Shown here one piece after another: positions 29,967 through 40,071 of a DNA stretch of 64,000 nucleotides. Location of the stretch: the sequence record MK962753.1. The stretch is one strand, 5' to 3'. Position 1 is the stretch's first letter; the number at the start of each line of letters is the position of its first letter. This DNA is from Shigella phage JK32. The notes below the pieces were generated by a model, which was given only the letters and a program-made list of their open reading frames with translations, was not told the origin of the DNA and made no database searches. Both the position numbers and the translations under genes were made by a program.

Positions 29967-31436
29967 CTATTCCCCATTACCATTATACTTTCTTTGCTTA
30001 GTTATCCACACTCTAACCATCTCTACAGATTCGCCGTCAGACGGATCAAGAGTTTTTCCTTTTTTCTTCATGCGGTACTTAAATCCGTTAAATCTTGCAT
30101 TCTCTTGCTCGTTAAAGTCGAACATCTTTTTAAATGATTTTCGCCCTTTACGCTCACCGCATTCTAGAGGAATCATTCGGTCTGTTATTACATTGGCATT
30201 AGGTAGAAACGTTTTTAGATAATCTACCAACGCCCAATCAGGAACATATAGATTAACATTCTCCTTGCTCTCGTTGTCTCTCAGGTTACAACGCAAACAT
30301 AATTGAAATGCTGGTTCCAGATAATCAGACACATGACGCGCTTTCAAAAACTCGTTTGTCGGGAGATCGCAACTATTAGCAAGACCTTTTAAAATATCAA
30401 TCTCCCATCGTTGAGGGTTAAAGCTGAACATCACAGCAACGTTTTTATGATGAATGTAAGAGTTAAGACCATAAGACCCGTAAGGTATCCGCTCACCAAT
30501 ACCATTTGTGCACGCTTCTCGGTCCCGATTCACGGTATAAATGAAGTCATCACCGCATTCATTTTTAACCATATCAACAAGACGTTCAAAGGTATTGTTT
30601 GTTTCTGACTGGTGACGCGACCATCGTTCAGAGTCCGTCATAAGGATGATGTTAACTCTATCTGTATTTTTATACTCTTTGAAATATAGCCTTGATTCTA
30701 GCGCACTAGGAACAAAATCGCAATTTGCATAGTATCGTAGATACTTCCCACTATATGTATCAAAGAGATTTGCACATGCTATCGTAACCTTTTTAAAGTC
30801 TCCCCACGTACCGTGTTTGTTATCGTTCAAGAAAACAATTTTCGACCCGTTCTTCCGGTGTCCTTCGTTATGTTTTACCATAACGTTGATTTTCTTCTCT
30901 AATAACGCCTCATAAAGCCCTCTAAGAGAAGAATCGATCATATCAGTACCATCCTTTGCACTTTCTATCTTTTCTTTGATAGCGGCCTTCTCAGAGTCTT
31001 TTAGAACTAAGTTCTGTAGGCATTCCGATTCGTCGGCGATTGGTTCGCAATGCTTCGTGATAAGTTCAAGATTAGACTTAAACGGATACTCATTAAATTC
31101 AACCAGTTGAGGAACTTCATCAATGTAAAGAGCATATTCACTAAACATTTTTGAACGCTCCATATTAGATAACGCTGTATGTGTGATGAATATCACATCA
31201 GCACCATCTTTAACTGATTGCATTATCGACGCTTGCACTGTCTTAAGGCTTCTTAGTCTGGTGCTATCAATCAAGACAGCACGACCGCCCATTCTTTTAA
31301 ACTTATTGTAAGATTGTTCACTTAAAACACGAGATGGCGAAGCAATAACCGCTTTTTCTTTTGTCTCTAGGACGTGGGAAAGTATAGCATCAGTTTTCCC
31401 CGCCGCTGGCAATGCGATTAATGTTTCAATCTTCAT
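29967..31436 (-). CDS. P-loop NTPase of unknown function
   Basis: 489-aa ORF; N-terminal LPAAGKTD Walker A and candidate Walker B YIDEVPQ; rest unassigned. Confidence 0.4.
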   Translation of the reverse strand: MKIETLIALPAAGKTDAILSHVLETKEKAVIASPSRVLSEQSYNKFKRMGGRAVLIDSTRLRSLKTVQASIMQSVKDGADVIFITHTALSNMERSKMFSEYALYIDEVPQLVEFNEYPFKSNLELITKHCEPIADESECLQNLVLKDSEKAAIKEKIESAKDGTDMIDSSLRGLYEALLEKKINVMVKHNEGHRKNGSKIVFLNDNKHGTWGDFKKVTIACANLFDTYSGKYLRYYANCDFVPSALESRLYFKEYKNTDRVNIILMTDSERWSRHQSETNNTFERLVDMVKNECGDDFIYTVNRDREACTNGIGERIPYGSYGLNSYIHHKNVAVMFSFNPQRWEIDILKGLANSCDLPTNEFLKARHVSDYLEPAFQLCLRCNLRDNESKENVNLYVPDWALVDYLKTFLPNANVITDRMIPLECGERKGRKSFKKMFDFNEQENARFNGFKYRMKKKGKTLDPSDGESVEMVRVWITKQRKYNGNGE

Positions 31437-31741
31437 TAGAAACCCTTACGTCGTGCTTTCTGGCATTTCTTGATCATTTTATCAGAAATTTCGCGCTTCG
31501 GTGCAATCTCTTTCACACCGAAAGCACTAATGCCAAATTCAGAGAGAATATATTCAACCAACAATTCACGCACACGCGCTTTACCGATATTCACGCCGTT
31601 ATTTTTCAGATATGTCTGGCCTTCGACTTGCATCAGATCTAAATCCGCGTCGGTAATATTGATTTCTTCCATGCGCCCAAATCGAGAATAAACCATGTGT
31701 GCGATTGCATTGTGTACTAACATAATATATTCCTCACTCAA
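31436..31741 (-). CDS. hypothetical protein
   Basis: 101-aa ORF. Confidence 0.35.
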   Translation of the reverse strand: MSEEYIMLVHNAIAHMVYSRFGRMEEINITDADLDLMQVEGQTYLKNNGVNIGKARVRELLVEYILSEFGISAFGVKEIAPKREISDKMIKKCQKARRKGF

Positions 31742-31892
31742 GAATTACTTAATGATACTTACTTTACCAGATCCGTGACAATGAGCGCAACACCCATCAC
31801 CGCGCAATCCTGTTCCGTTACAGTGTTTACACGTCTTCAACGGTAAAGCCATTATAGCAAATAAAGCAATAATGAACACCGAAACTAAATTC

Positions 31893-32162
31893 TCAATAAT
31901 CATAAATAGCCCTCAGTTCTTTATAGCCTCCAATGTGCTCGTTGTCAATGAATATCTGGGGGTATACAAATCGGAGGCTCTTTGAGTTCAGCCTCCCCGC
32001 CAGTTCTTCAATCATATCACGGTCGGGAATAATGTCAACCCCGACCTGCTTGAATACTGGTTTAAGTGTATACGGAATACCCAGATCATCCAGTAGCTTC
32101 ATTGCACCAATACAACCATAACAATGATAAGCCTCTTTCGGTATACCGTATATCTCGATCAT
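31893..32162 (-). CDS. glutaredoxin-like protein (NrdH position)
   Basis: 89-aa ORF with CYGC redox motif. Confidence 0.5.
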   Translation of the reverse strand: MIEIYGIPKEAYHCYGCIGAMKLLDDLGIPYTLKPVFKQVGVDIIPDRDMIEELAGRLNSKSLRFVYPQIFIDNEHIGGYKELRAIYDY

Positions 32163-32659
32163 TTCTCAGCCTTTAATCTTTCTAGTTCTTCTTCCAGTTC
32201 CTTGATCCGTTGGTCACGTTCAAAGTCACGCTGTAACTTAGTGGCGAATACTCGTTTAAACTGATTGTAATCATCGATTTTAAACACTTCTTCTTCGCCA
32301 TAGCGACGTACAGAAACTTCGTAGTTGTTGAAGAATTGTTGCATCATTGCTTCGGATGACAGTTCTGCTGATACTACTTTAAAATATTGATCTTCTGTAG
32401 GCGAAAACCAATTACAAGCATAAAGATAAACCTTTTCATTGTCTGGACACTGGTAAGCCTTACCATCGATTTCAATCACAGAAACATATTCAGGTATACT
32501 AGATGAATCAATAGCTAAGACTTTAAACGCACGGTCCCCGATAAACTCGGAGATCACACGATTCGCATCACTGGTTGCAAATGCTTTACGCGCTTGTTCG
32601 TTTTTCCACTTATAGGTCATACCAACAACAAACATATTACCAACCTCGCTCTTTACCAA
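32159..32659 (-). CDS. paralogous family protein (TYxWK domain plus charged helical tail)
   Basis: MTYKWKNEQARKAF N-terminal motif and RIKELEEELERLKAEK tail. Confidence 0.45.
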   Translation of the reverse strand: MVKSEVGNMFVVGMTYKWKNEQARKAFATSDANRVISEFIGDRAFKVLAIDSSSIPEYVSVIEIDGKAYQCPDNEKVYLYACNWFSPTEDQYFKVVSAELSSEAMMQQFFNNYEVSVRRYGEEEVFKIDDYNQFKRVFATKLQRDFERDQRIKELEEELERLKAEK

Positions 32660-33470
32660 TCAAAAATTCAACTTCACGACGTTTAATGTCTTCTTGAAGG
32701 TCTTTAATCTTCTGGCGATCTTGCATGATTTCATCCATCTTGTCAAGTGCCGCAATGAAATCATCGAAACGTTCAAAGGTTTTACCTTCATTTGCTTCGC
32801 CAAATTTAACCATTGTCAGGCCGTAACGACTACTAAACAGACGTTTCAACTGTCCAACGACCTTAGAATCATCGTTCACCTTTTCTTCTGGTTCTTTCGC
32901 TGTTTCAACTTCACGAAAATATTTTCGTTCAAGCCCAACAAACCACACAGCATCAACATCATCATCAACACCCGCCGAATGAGGATTAAATGTTCCACAA
33001 ACATTATCATTATTGACGTCGATCATAGTAACGAAACCAACAGAATCAACGGAAGATACCGTAAAAGTCTCATCTCCTATCCAATCAGCAATTTTACGGT
33101 TGATATTAGAACAGTGAGAAAACGTCACTTTTGCGTTTACATCCTTCCAAATATAAGTTTTACCAACTTCCCATTTAGGAGGAACTTCTTCAACTTCACG
33201 AAAGAATTTTATATCAAATGGACTAAACAAATATGTTGACGTCCAAATGTCTTTTCCTGTAGCCGTTTTCGCCGTATGATAAACACCGTCTAGCTCTATT
33301 GCATCAATCCAACCATTACCCTCGATCTCGATGATGGTAAATGGCTTGTCACCAATAGCTGCACTGATATCGCTGTTAAGTGGAGAAAGATCACCTGCTA
33401 CGTTAGTAATAAACTCAGTTTTAGCGTTTTCATCTTTCCAAGTGTAAGTTTTACCAATTTCCCATTTCAT
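32637..33470 (-). CDS. paralogous family protein, two tandem domain copies
   Basis: KWEIGKTYTWKDENAKTEF and KWEVGKTYIWKDVNAKVTF within one ORF. Confidence 0.45.
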   Translation of the reverse strand: MKWEIGKTYTWKDENAKTEFITNVAGDLSPLNSDISAAIGDKPFTIIEIEGNGWIDAIELDGVYHTAKTATGKDIWTSTYLFSPFDIKFFREVEEVPPKWEVGKTYIWKDVNAKVTFSHCSNINRKIADWIGDETFTVSSVDSVGFVTMIDVNNDNVCGTFNPHSAGVDDDVDAVWFVGLERKYFREVETAKEPEEKVNDDSKVVGQLKRLFSSRYGLTMVKFGEANEGKTFERFDDFIAALDKMDEIMQDRQKIKDLQEDIKRREVEFLIGKERGW

Positions 33471-33482
33471 AATATATTCCCC

Positions 33483-33962
33483 TTAACCGATTTTATCAAG
33501 TTCGTTTAATGCTTTCTCTGCTTCCTGTATAGCTTGCACTCTTTCCGGCATTTTGTCAAGAAAATCTTTCAACTCTTCAAAACTGGAGATATGACGCAAG
33601 GCGTTAGCACCGATAGCCGCATGTGATTTGCATTCAAAGCGAATTTTATAATTATCCATCGCCAACTTGAGAAGGTCCATCAGTTTAGATTCTTCTGGAA
33701 TAATAATTTCTTCAAATCTGCTACGGTCATGATCCAGAAACCAACAAGATAGACCTACATCGGTTGAACTCATATAAGTTCCATCATGAAGATAAACAGA
33801 CCGCACGTATCCTTTTTTCGCATCAACCGACGCAACTTTAAACGGTAATCTCAGATATTTCAAATAATCAACATCATACCATTTAAAAAATTGGTTTGCA
33901 TCTTTTACATCTTTCCACGCATAGGTCTTACCAGCTTCCCATTTCATAATATCATCTCTCAT
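33483..33962 (-). CDS. paralogous family protein
   Basis: KWEAGKTYAWKDVKDANQF; tail LKDFLDKMPERVQAI. Confidence 0.45.
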   Translation of the reverse strand: MRDDIMKWEAGKTYAWKDVKDANQFFKWYDVDYLKYLRLPFKVASVDAKKGYVRSVYLHDGTYMSSTDVGLSCWFLDHDRSRFEEIIIPEESKLMDLLKLAMDNYKIRFECKSHAAIGANALRHISSFEELKDFLDKMPERVQAIQEAEKALNELDKIG

Positions 33963-34506
33963 TTTTGATACGTGATTCTAATTGGATCATACGGTCGCGC
34001 GTTTGTTTGTATTCTCGGATAGCACCGATCCGGCTAGGCATACCATCCAGTACGCTCTTAATATCTTCTAGGGTAGTAATTTTGGCAATGCTATTATGTA
34101 ACCCCATCTTATCGATCAACTGAATGTCGTAGGCTTCCATAAGCAGACCCAGACGTTCTAATGTTAAATCCGGTTCTTGTTCTTTATCTTCTTCCTTTTC
34201 TTCCGGTTCTGGGATTTCTTTGTCAATAGTAGCTTCGGTAAAGAAACGACGCTCACCAGCCCAAAACCACACACCGGAAAAGCCAATAGGGGATTCTTTT
34301 AACGTCATAGAGTCGTAACCACTGCCGATAATAGTAATTTCTCTAACATCACCATCATCGTCAATGTCTTCTACCCTAAACGGGCGACCAGCCAACAAGT
34401 CCACAATACGTCTGTTAATAGACGACGAAAATTTAGTCAGTTCGGCTTTCGACGCTTCGCATTCAATCTTGTAAGTTTTACCAACTTCCCATTCCATAAT
34501 AATCAC
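33952..34506 (-). CDS. paralogous family protein
   Basis: EWEVGKTYKIE...; tail LEDIKSVLDGMPSRI. Confidence 0.45.
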   Translation of the reverse strand: MIIMEWEVGKTYKIECEASKAELTKFSSSINRRIVDLLAGRPFRVEDIDDDGDVREITIIGSGYDSMTLKESPIGFSGVWFWAGERRFFTEATIDKEIPEPEEKEEDKEQEPDLTLERLGLLMEAYDIQLIDKMGLHNSIAKITTLEDIKSVLDGMPSRIGAIREYKQTRDRMIQLESRIKNER

Positions 34507-34507
34507 C

Positions 34508-35017
34508 TCAAATAATTTTCACTGGAATACTATTAACAATCTTGTATTGTACTTGATTGTCAGACCCCCGCCACGGCTTCTTCGTTGGCATATCTTTAAT
34601 ATAACGCCCATCGATGAACATGTCAACTGATTCTACAATTTTTCTTTGCTCATCATTCAATTGGTCAAGGGTATAACCGGACCATAGCCAAATATCTTTA
34701 TTTGGCATCCATGATTTTACCTCATCGATGATCCGCTGTACACCCTTTAAATTGCGTTTATACAGTGGATCACCACCTAAGAATGTTAGCCCCTGAATAA
34801 AATCAGGTCTAAGCAGATCCAGAATCAATCCCATTGTATCATCGGTGAATGGTTCCCCGTTCTTAGGATTGAGTAGGCTAGCATTAAAGCAACCATCACA
34901 TGCGTGTGAACATCCGGTAACGTAAAGGGAGACTCTCACTCCCTCACCGTTAACCATATCACAATCTTTAATATCGGCATAGCGTAGTTTGCCGTATGTA
35001 TCAGAACTCATATTCAA
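34508..35017 (-). CDS. nrdG: anaerobic ribonucleotide reductase activating protein (radical SAM)
   Basis: 169-aa ORF with CSHACDGC cysteine cluster. Confidence 0.8.
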   Translation of the reverse strand: MNMSSDTYGKLRYADIKDCDMVNGEGVRVSLYVTGCSHACDGCFNASLLNPKNGEPFTDDTMGLILDLLRPDFIQGLTFLGGDPLYKRNLKGVQRIIDEVKSWMPNKDIWLWSGYTLDQLNDEQRKIVESVDMFIDGRYIKDMPTKKPWRGSDNQVQYKIVNSIPVKII

Positions 35018-35228
35018 TTACCCCGAACTCGTTTACAATCTGCGCTTTATAGTAACCACCGCGAGATGCCAATAGATAAGCTGGGCTTAGGTATTCGTAT
35101 TCACGGATTTCTACTTGTGCGTTTTCAGTTTCCCAAATCAGTAAAGTCCACATATTTGATTCTCCTGTAAAGTTGTATCTCGTCTTGATGAATATAGTAT
35201 AGGGGATCTCGCGATCCCCGTCAAGCAT
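35001..35228 (-). CDS. hypothetical protein
   Basis: 75-aa ORF. Confidence 0.3.
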   Translation of the reverse strand: MLDGDREIPYTIFIKTRYNFTGESNMWTLLIWETENAQVEIREYEYLSPAYLLASRGGYYKAQIVNEFGVIEYEF

Positions 35229-35762
35229 TTATTTTAAATTTTTTCGAATGTATTCAGACCATTCTCTGCCAGTAAGTTCGGTCCCATTCTGGAAACTGAA
35301 ATATTCATACGGCATCGAGTCAAGATAAAACAGGATCATACATCGCGCCATATAATACCAATCACGATTAAAGTAAACTACGTTATCGCCAGTACCATCA
35401 ACCCCTTTATCATAACCATCGCGGGTACGGGCGACCCATTGAATAGTATCATTTTTCTCACGGATAGTAACAGGTTCCCAATATCCAGCACAGCCAGCAT
35501 GACCACACGAACAAGTAAGGAAATATTGACCTTTTGCTTTGTTGTCATCCCATTCACGATGAATTGGTTCGATTTCGTGAAACAGTGCCAAGCAATCATG
35601 ATTATGCAACACTGGCTTACCATCAATCAATGCATGGAATGTATGCAAACGACCAGTAGACAAATAGCTATCCTCACGCTCAACCAGTTCAATAGCAATC
35701 TTTTTAGCTCGTTCTTTGTGTCGTTGTGCTTTACGCTTACGGTTTAATGATTTCATACTCAC
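35229..35762 (-). CDS. hypothetical protein
   Basis: 177-aa ORF. Confidence 0.4.
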   Translation of the reverse strand: MSMKSLNRKRKAQRHKERAKKIAIELVEREDSYLSTGRLHTFHALIDGKPVLHNHDCLALFHEIEPIHREWDDNKAKGQYFLTCSCGHAGCAGYWEPVTIREKNDTIQWVARTRDGYDKGVDGTGDNVVYFNRDWYYMARCMILFYLDSMPYEYFSFQNGTELTGREWSEYIRKNLK

Positions 35763-35775
35763 CTCACAATTTCAA

Positions 35776-36309
35776 TTAGCAACGATACTGCACATTATCA
35801 AAATGAGAATGTACATTACCGATGGTATAGATCAAAAATCCCTCGTCCGGCGATTGCACCACAAATTGAGTAGGTCCAACTGCAACAACCTTAAACACAC
35901 GATCACTAACTTTGTGTTTAATCTCTGCGCCAACTTCCAAAGGAACAAATTTTACTGTGGAAAGTTCAATACCAAAACCATCATCATGCAAACGAATAGG
36001 TTTATTGTTATCGATCATTTTCACATATTCAAGATCATACAATTCGCGGGTGCTATCAGTGTAAACCAATACTGTATTGTTATGATAACGAATTACATAC
36101 ATGTTATGGTCATCATCAAGTACACATAAATTACGAATCGGTGTACCCTCTCCTTTTTTACTCCAACAGATATTAACCACATTACCTTGAATTGTGAATG
36201 GCTTAGACGTTCCGAAAGTCGCTAAAGTGCTTTCTCTCATCTGGACGGTTACGCGAGTCCCAATAGTCAGCGGCTTAAAATCATACCCATTAGTCAGTAC
36301 ACAAAACAT
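35776..36309 (-). CDS. hypothetical protein
   Basis: 177-aa ORF. Confidence 0.4.
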   Translation of the reverse strand: MFCVLTNGYDFKPLTIGTRVTVQMRESTLATFGTSKPFTIQGNVVNICWSKKGEGTPIRNLCVLDDDHNMYVIRYHNNTVLVYTDSTRELYDLEYVKMIDNNKPIRLHDDGFGIELSTVKFVPLEVGAEIKHKVSDRVFKVVAVGPTQFVVQSPDEGFLIYTIGNVHSHFDNVQYRC

Positions 36310-36341
36310 AATGTTATCCTCTCTTTGTTTTCGATGTGAGC

Positions 36342-36369
36342 ATTATACATTAGCTAATCAGGTTGTCAA
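36342..36369 (-). promoter_or_regulatory. early sigma70-like promoter (minus TTGACA 36369-36364, TATAAT 36347-36342)
   Basis: Hexamers, 16-nt spacer. Confidence 0.5.
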
Positions 36370-36374
36370 CACCT

Positions 36375-36407
36375 AAAAACGAAAAAGCCGACCCTTTCGG
36401 ATCGGCT
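36375..36407 (-). terminator. rho-independent terminator after nrdD (stem AGCCGA/TCGGCT, UUCG-type loop)
   Basis: Hairpin plus T-run on minus strand. Confidence 0.5.
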
Positions 36408-36412
36408 AAAAA

Positions 36413-38275
36413 TTACATGTGCTTAACGCGGTTTACCATCTCAGAGTGTTTCCCGTGGTTAAATGGACGCAGATCAACAGACCCAAGATATCCACTAACG
36501 CGACGGATAACATTCATCTTTTCCAGATTGTCATTGCCGCAATCAGGACAAACAAAACCAAACTCGGTCGCTCTCATTTCCTTAGTAGATCCGCATACAT
36601 GACATACATCAGAAGGAGTATTAACACCGAAGTAGTGCAATTTATCCATTGCATAATCTACTACGGTTTCAAGCCCTTTCAGGTTGTTTTTCATGTCTGG
36701 GAACTCAACATAAGAGATCATACCACCGGACGCCAGCCAGTGATAATCTTTCTCAAAGTCGATTTTCTCAAACGGTGTGACTTTCCGGTCTACGTCAAGG
36801 TGGAATGAGTTGGTGTACCAGTCTTTATCGGTAGCACCCTTAACAATACCAAATTGCTCTCGGTCCAGTCGATTAAATCGATAGCAAAGGCTTTCGGCTG
36901 GCGTACCGTAAAGACTAAACCCAAGTCCGGTTTCGTCCTTCCATTTTTCAGTATAATGACGCAAGATCTTAAGAATATGTTTACCGTATCGCTGCGCTTC
37001 TTCCGAATCAAACGGATGAACACCAAACAGGACGCTCAATACTTCATGTAAACCAATATATCCAAGCGAGATACTAGCGCGACCATCTTTCAGCACTTCC
37101 AAAATTTCATCGTTTTGATGGATACGGAAAAATGCACCTTCTGTATACAGCACCGGAGCAACATTGGCTTTAGCCCCTTTTAAAGCGTCTACGCGACTCA
37201 TCAGCGCATCAAAGCAAATAGGCATACGATTAGCCAGCTCTTGTTCGAATAGCTCAATTCTGCGCATTACAGACGCTTTACCAGCACGACGCGCGGCAAT
37301 AAGAGCAATACGCGGAAGATTCAGAGTCACAACACCTAAGTTATTACGTCCGTCTAATACTTCTTCGCCTTTCTCATTATGCCACACACCCAGGAAGCTA
37401 CGACAACCCATCGGGCTAACCGGAACACTAGATCCAGTGATACTACGGTTATTCTTCGCAGAGATATAATCAGGGTAAAGACGCTTACTAGAACATTCCA
37501 ATGCAAGTTGCTTAATGTCGTAGTTCGGATCTTCCGGTTTAAGGTTTAATCCTTCTTCTAAGAACATCACCAGCTTAGGAAACACCGGAGTGATACCATC
37601 TTTACCTAAACCTTTAGTTCGAACGTTCAGGATCGCTTTCTGAATCAGTTTTTCTTCCCAGCTAGTACCCATACCAAAGGTTAAAGTCACAAAAGGCGTT
37701 TGACCATTGGTAGAGAACAAAGTGTTGATCTCATATTCCAACGCCTGATATCCGTCTAACGTTTCTTTTTCTGTCTTCTCTTGTGCATAGAGAGTATCAG
37801 CTTTGATTCCGTAGGTTTCGGCATCAGCAAGGTGTTTATGATATGTTTTCTCAACGTATGGCGCTAAAACCTGATCAATGTTTGCTATGGTAGTTCCGCC
37901 ATATTGATGACTTGCCACCTGTGCGATAATTTGAGCGGTTACAGCACATGCAACACCGATTGATTTCGGACTTTCGATTTGTGCACTACCCAATTTAAAA
38001 CCATTCTCTAACATGTCTTTGAGATTAACAAGACAGCAGTTAGTAAACGGCATAGCGGGTGCATAATCCATATCATGATAATGAATATCACCGTCTACAT
38101 GCGCTTTATAGATGTGCTCAGGTAACACGGTTTTAGCAATCTGTTTAGACACAGCGCCAGCAATCAGATCTCGACGTGTCGGGAATGTTCGCGCGTCTTT
38201 GTTCGCGTTCTCTTTGCTTACTTCGTTTTCTTTACCCGTTGCGATCTCTGTAATGTCTTTGATTAGTTTTTCCAT
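36413..38275 (-). CDS. nrdD: anaerobic ribonucleoside-triphosphate reductase
   Basis: 620-aa uninterrupted ORF; C-terminal Zn ribbon (CHVCG...CPDCG) and glycyl-radical region (VIRRVSGYLG). Confidence 0.9.
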   Translation of the reverse strand: MEKLIKDITEIATGKENEVSKENANKDARTFPTRRDLIAGAVSKQIAKTVLPEHIYKAHVDGDIHYHDMDYAPAMPFTNCCLVNLKDMLENGFKLGSAQIESPKSIGVACAVTAQIIAQVASHQYGGTTIANIDQVLAPYVEKTYHKHLADAETYGIKADTLYAQEKTEKETLDGYQALEYEINTLFSTNGQTPFVTLTFGMGTSWEEKLIQKAILNVRTKGLGKDGITPVFPKLVMFLEEGLNLKPEDPNYDIKQLALECSSKRLYPDYISAKNNRSITGSSVPVSPMGCRSFLGVWHNEKGEEVLDGRNNLGVVTLNLPRIALIAARRAGKASVMRRIELFEQELANRMPICFDALMSRVDALKGAKANVAPVLYTEGAFFRIHQNDEILEVLKDGRASISLGYIGLHEVLSVLFGVHPFDSEEAQRYGKHILKILRHYTEKWKDETGLGFSLYGTPAESLCYRFNRLDREQFGIVKGATDKDWYTNSFHLDVDRKVTPFEKIDFEKDYHWLASGGMISYVEFPDMKNNLKGLETVVDYAMDKLHYFGVNTPSDVCHVCGSTKEMRATEFGFVCPDCGNDNLEKMNVIRRVSGYLGSVDLRPFNHGKHSEMVNRVKHM

Positions 38276-38287
38276 TGTATCACCTAT

Positions 38288-38309
38288 GAAAAAGCGGGAT
38301 TTCTCCCGC
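38288..38309 (-). terminator. putative terminator hairpin (AGCGGGA/TCCCGCT)
   Basis: Hairpin plus short T-run on minus strand upstream of nrdD. Confidence 0.35.
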
Positions 38310-38319
38310 TCGTTGATAG

Positions 38320-38814
38320 TTATTTTACCAGTTCTGCTAATTCTTTTTCCGCCGCTTCCAGTTCAGCTTTCAGTTGTTTAATCTCTTGTCGCTTCTTATT
38401 AGCGGCTTCCTGCTTACTATTTCGGATAACCTGATCTAGATATGAATCCCACTCCTGAATATTTTTGATAATGTAACCGTCAACGTTCAGAACTTTAATA
38501 TTAAGAACTTCTTCCAGCTTACTTAAAGAACGTTGTGTTTCGGGGAAGAAATAGTCATATTCACCTCGGTCAAACCAGTAGCGTATGCCAGCTTTATCTA
38601 AACGACGATGCAATTCATCAAAATCTCTACCATCTTCGACGATGAGTTTGTCTACATCGCCATTACAGTTAACAGAGACTTTGAATCTAATATTATCAAC
38701 CCCACCAAAAACATCAATAAGGATAGTTCCTATCGTGTTATCCGCGCTTCCAGTATCCATAAAAGATTCTAGTTTTTCTTGATTAGTAACGTACCAAACA
38801 TCTTGTTTCCACAT
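38320..38814 (-). CDS. paralogous family protein (coiled-coil tail)
   Basis: 164-aa ORF; C-terminal QEIKQLKAELEAAEKELAEL. Confidence 0.4.
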   Translation of the reverse strand: MWKQDVWYVTNQEKLESFMDTGSADNTIGTILIDVFGGVDNIRFKVSVNCNGDVDKLIVEDGRDFDELHRRLDKAGIRYWFDRGEYDYFFPETQRSLSKLEEVLNIKVLNVDGYIIKNIQEWDSYLDQVIRNSKQEAANKKRQEIKQLKAELEAAEKELAELVK

Positions 38815-38838
38815 AATATAATCCTCTCGTTGTTAAGT

Positions 38839-38872
38839 GGGAGTATTATAGCATACTCCCTTCGCATGTCAA
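38839..38872 (-). promoter_or_regulatory. early promoter with stem-loop (hairpin GGGAGTA/TACTCCC spanning TATAAT; minus TTGACA 38872-38867)
   Basis: Direct reading; -10 lies in hairpin loop. Confidence 0.5.
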
Positions 38873-40047
38873 GCACTAACTTTTTTCTTTACTGCTTTCA
38901 CCTTCTGGCGAATTGCTCGAATCTCTTCGATCTCTTTTTCAGTCTCTTTAACAATTTCTTTGCGATTCTGAATATCTGTATCGAGATTATCATCAAGTTT
39001 AGGCAGCATGTCAATCAAGAACTTTTTAAAGTCTTTCAGGTTTCTGATAACAGCACCTTCACCCATTACCGCCACCCCTACACCATCCGGCAGATCGCCA
39101 AACAGTTTAACCAGTTCAGACAGATGATCATGATCTTCTAGTGCTTCTTCCGGTTCAGATGGCAGTTCAACAAAGTTATAACGTTCATCATTGCTGATGA
39201 GGTGATACCAGCAAAGCCCGAATGATTTCGGTGTATATTCTACACCATCAATTTCAACCGAGTCAACACTTCCATAATCATCTACTTTAGTTACCTTAAA
39301 TCCTTGTCCCAGCTTTTGAACAATTTCAACAACATGACTTGATACAGTTTCAGCGGTAAACCAATATGGCAAATTATGCTGATTTGGCTTGTAGCGTTCA
39401 CCTACTTTAAATCTCTGACCAGCCGCTTGCATAGCATGAAATTGTTGTTTCGTGATTTCCGCGAAGTATTCAAATTCGCTACCATCAAACACACAAGCCC
39501 ATTGATCACAAAAACGATCTGCCTTGACGGTTTCACCTTTCGCGGTGATCATGGTAGCTGATCCGTGCAATTCTTCTTCAACTAAAAAGCCATATTCGAC
39601 AAAATCGACAAGTTTCATGGCTTCTTTGTGCTCTGGATCATGCTCTCCCCAGAATCGCTTAAATTCTTGCAAACCTTCCGGGGTAAACGAATAACATTTA
39701 CCTTTTTCAAAGTAAGTCGGCATTGCATCCTCTTTCTTGTTCATCGCTTCGTATGCCTCTTTTGAGATGCGTTTAAAGTATTTGCGCTCATTGTGCATAA
39801 TCATAGTAGACCAATAATAAACGATATCCTCAGCGGAATAAACTACATCTCCAGCTTCAATAGTAATAACATGACCGTGGTCATCTTTTTCTAATACTTT
39901 AAAGCCCTTTTCTACGATTTCAGCAACCCGAATATGACCACGGCGCGAAGCATCGGTCAGAATAATTGAATAGCGAGAAAAGTCTAGAAACTCATCTTTA
40001 CCGCCTTCACGGAATGCATAGTAATGACCTTCAAAGAATTTAGCCAT
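38869..40047 (-). CDS. paralogous family protein, three tandem domain copies
   Basis: FEGHYYAFREGGKDEF, FEKGKCYSFTPEGLQEF and a third repeat; tail LKDFKKFLIDMLPKLDD. Confidence 0.45.
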   Translation of the reverse strand: MAKFFEGHYYAFREGGKDEFLDFSRYSIILTDASRRGHIRVAEIVEKGFKVLEKDDHGHVITIEAGDVVYSAEDIVYYWSTMIMHNERKYFKRISKEAYEAMNKKEDAMPTYFEKGKCYSFTPEGLQEFKRFWGEHDPEHKEAMKLVDFVEYGFLVEEELHGSATMITAKGETVKADRFCDQWACVFDGSEFEYFAEITKQQFHAMQAAGQRFKVGERYKPNQHNLPYWFTAETVSSHVVEIVQKLGQGFKVTKVDDYGSVDSVEIDGVEYTPKSFGLCWYHLISNDERYNFVELPSEPEEALEDHDHLSELVKLFGDLPDGVGVAVMGEGAVIRNLKDFKKFLIDMLPKLDDNLDTDIQNRKEIVKETEKEIEEIRAIRQKVKAVKKKVSA

Positions 40048-40071
40048 AATATAATCCTCTCGTTGTTAAGT

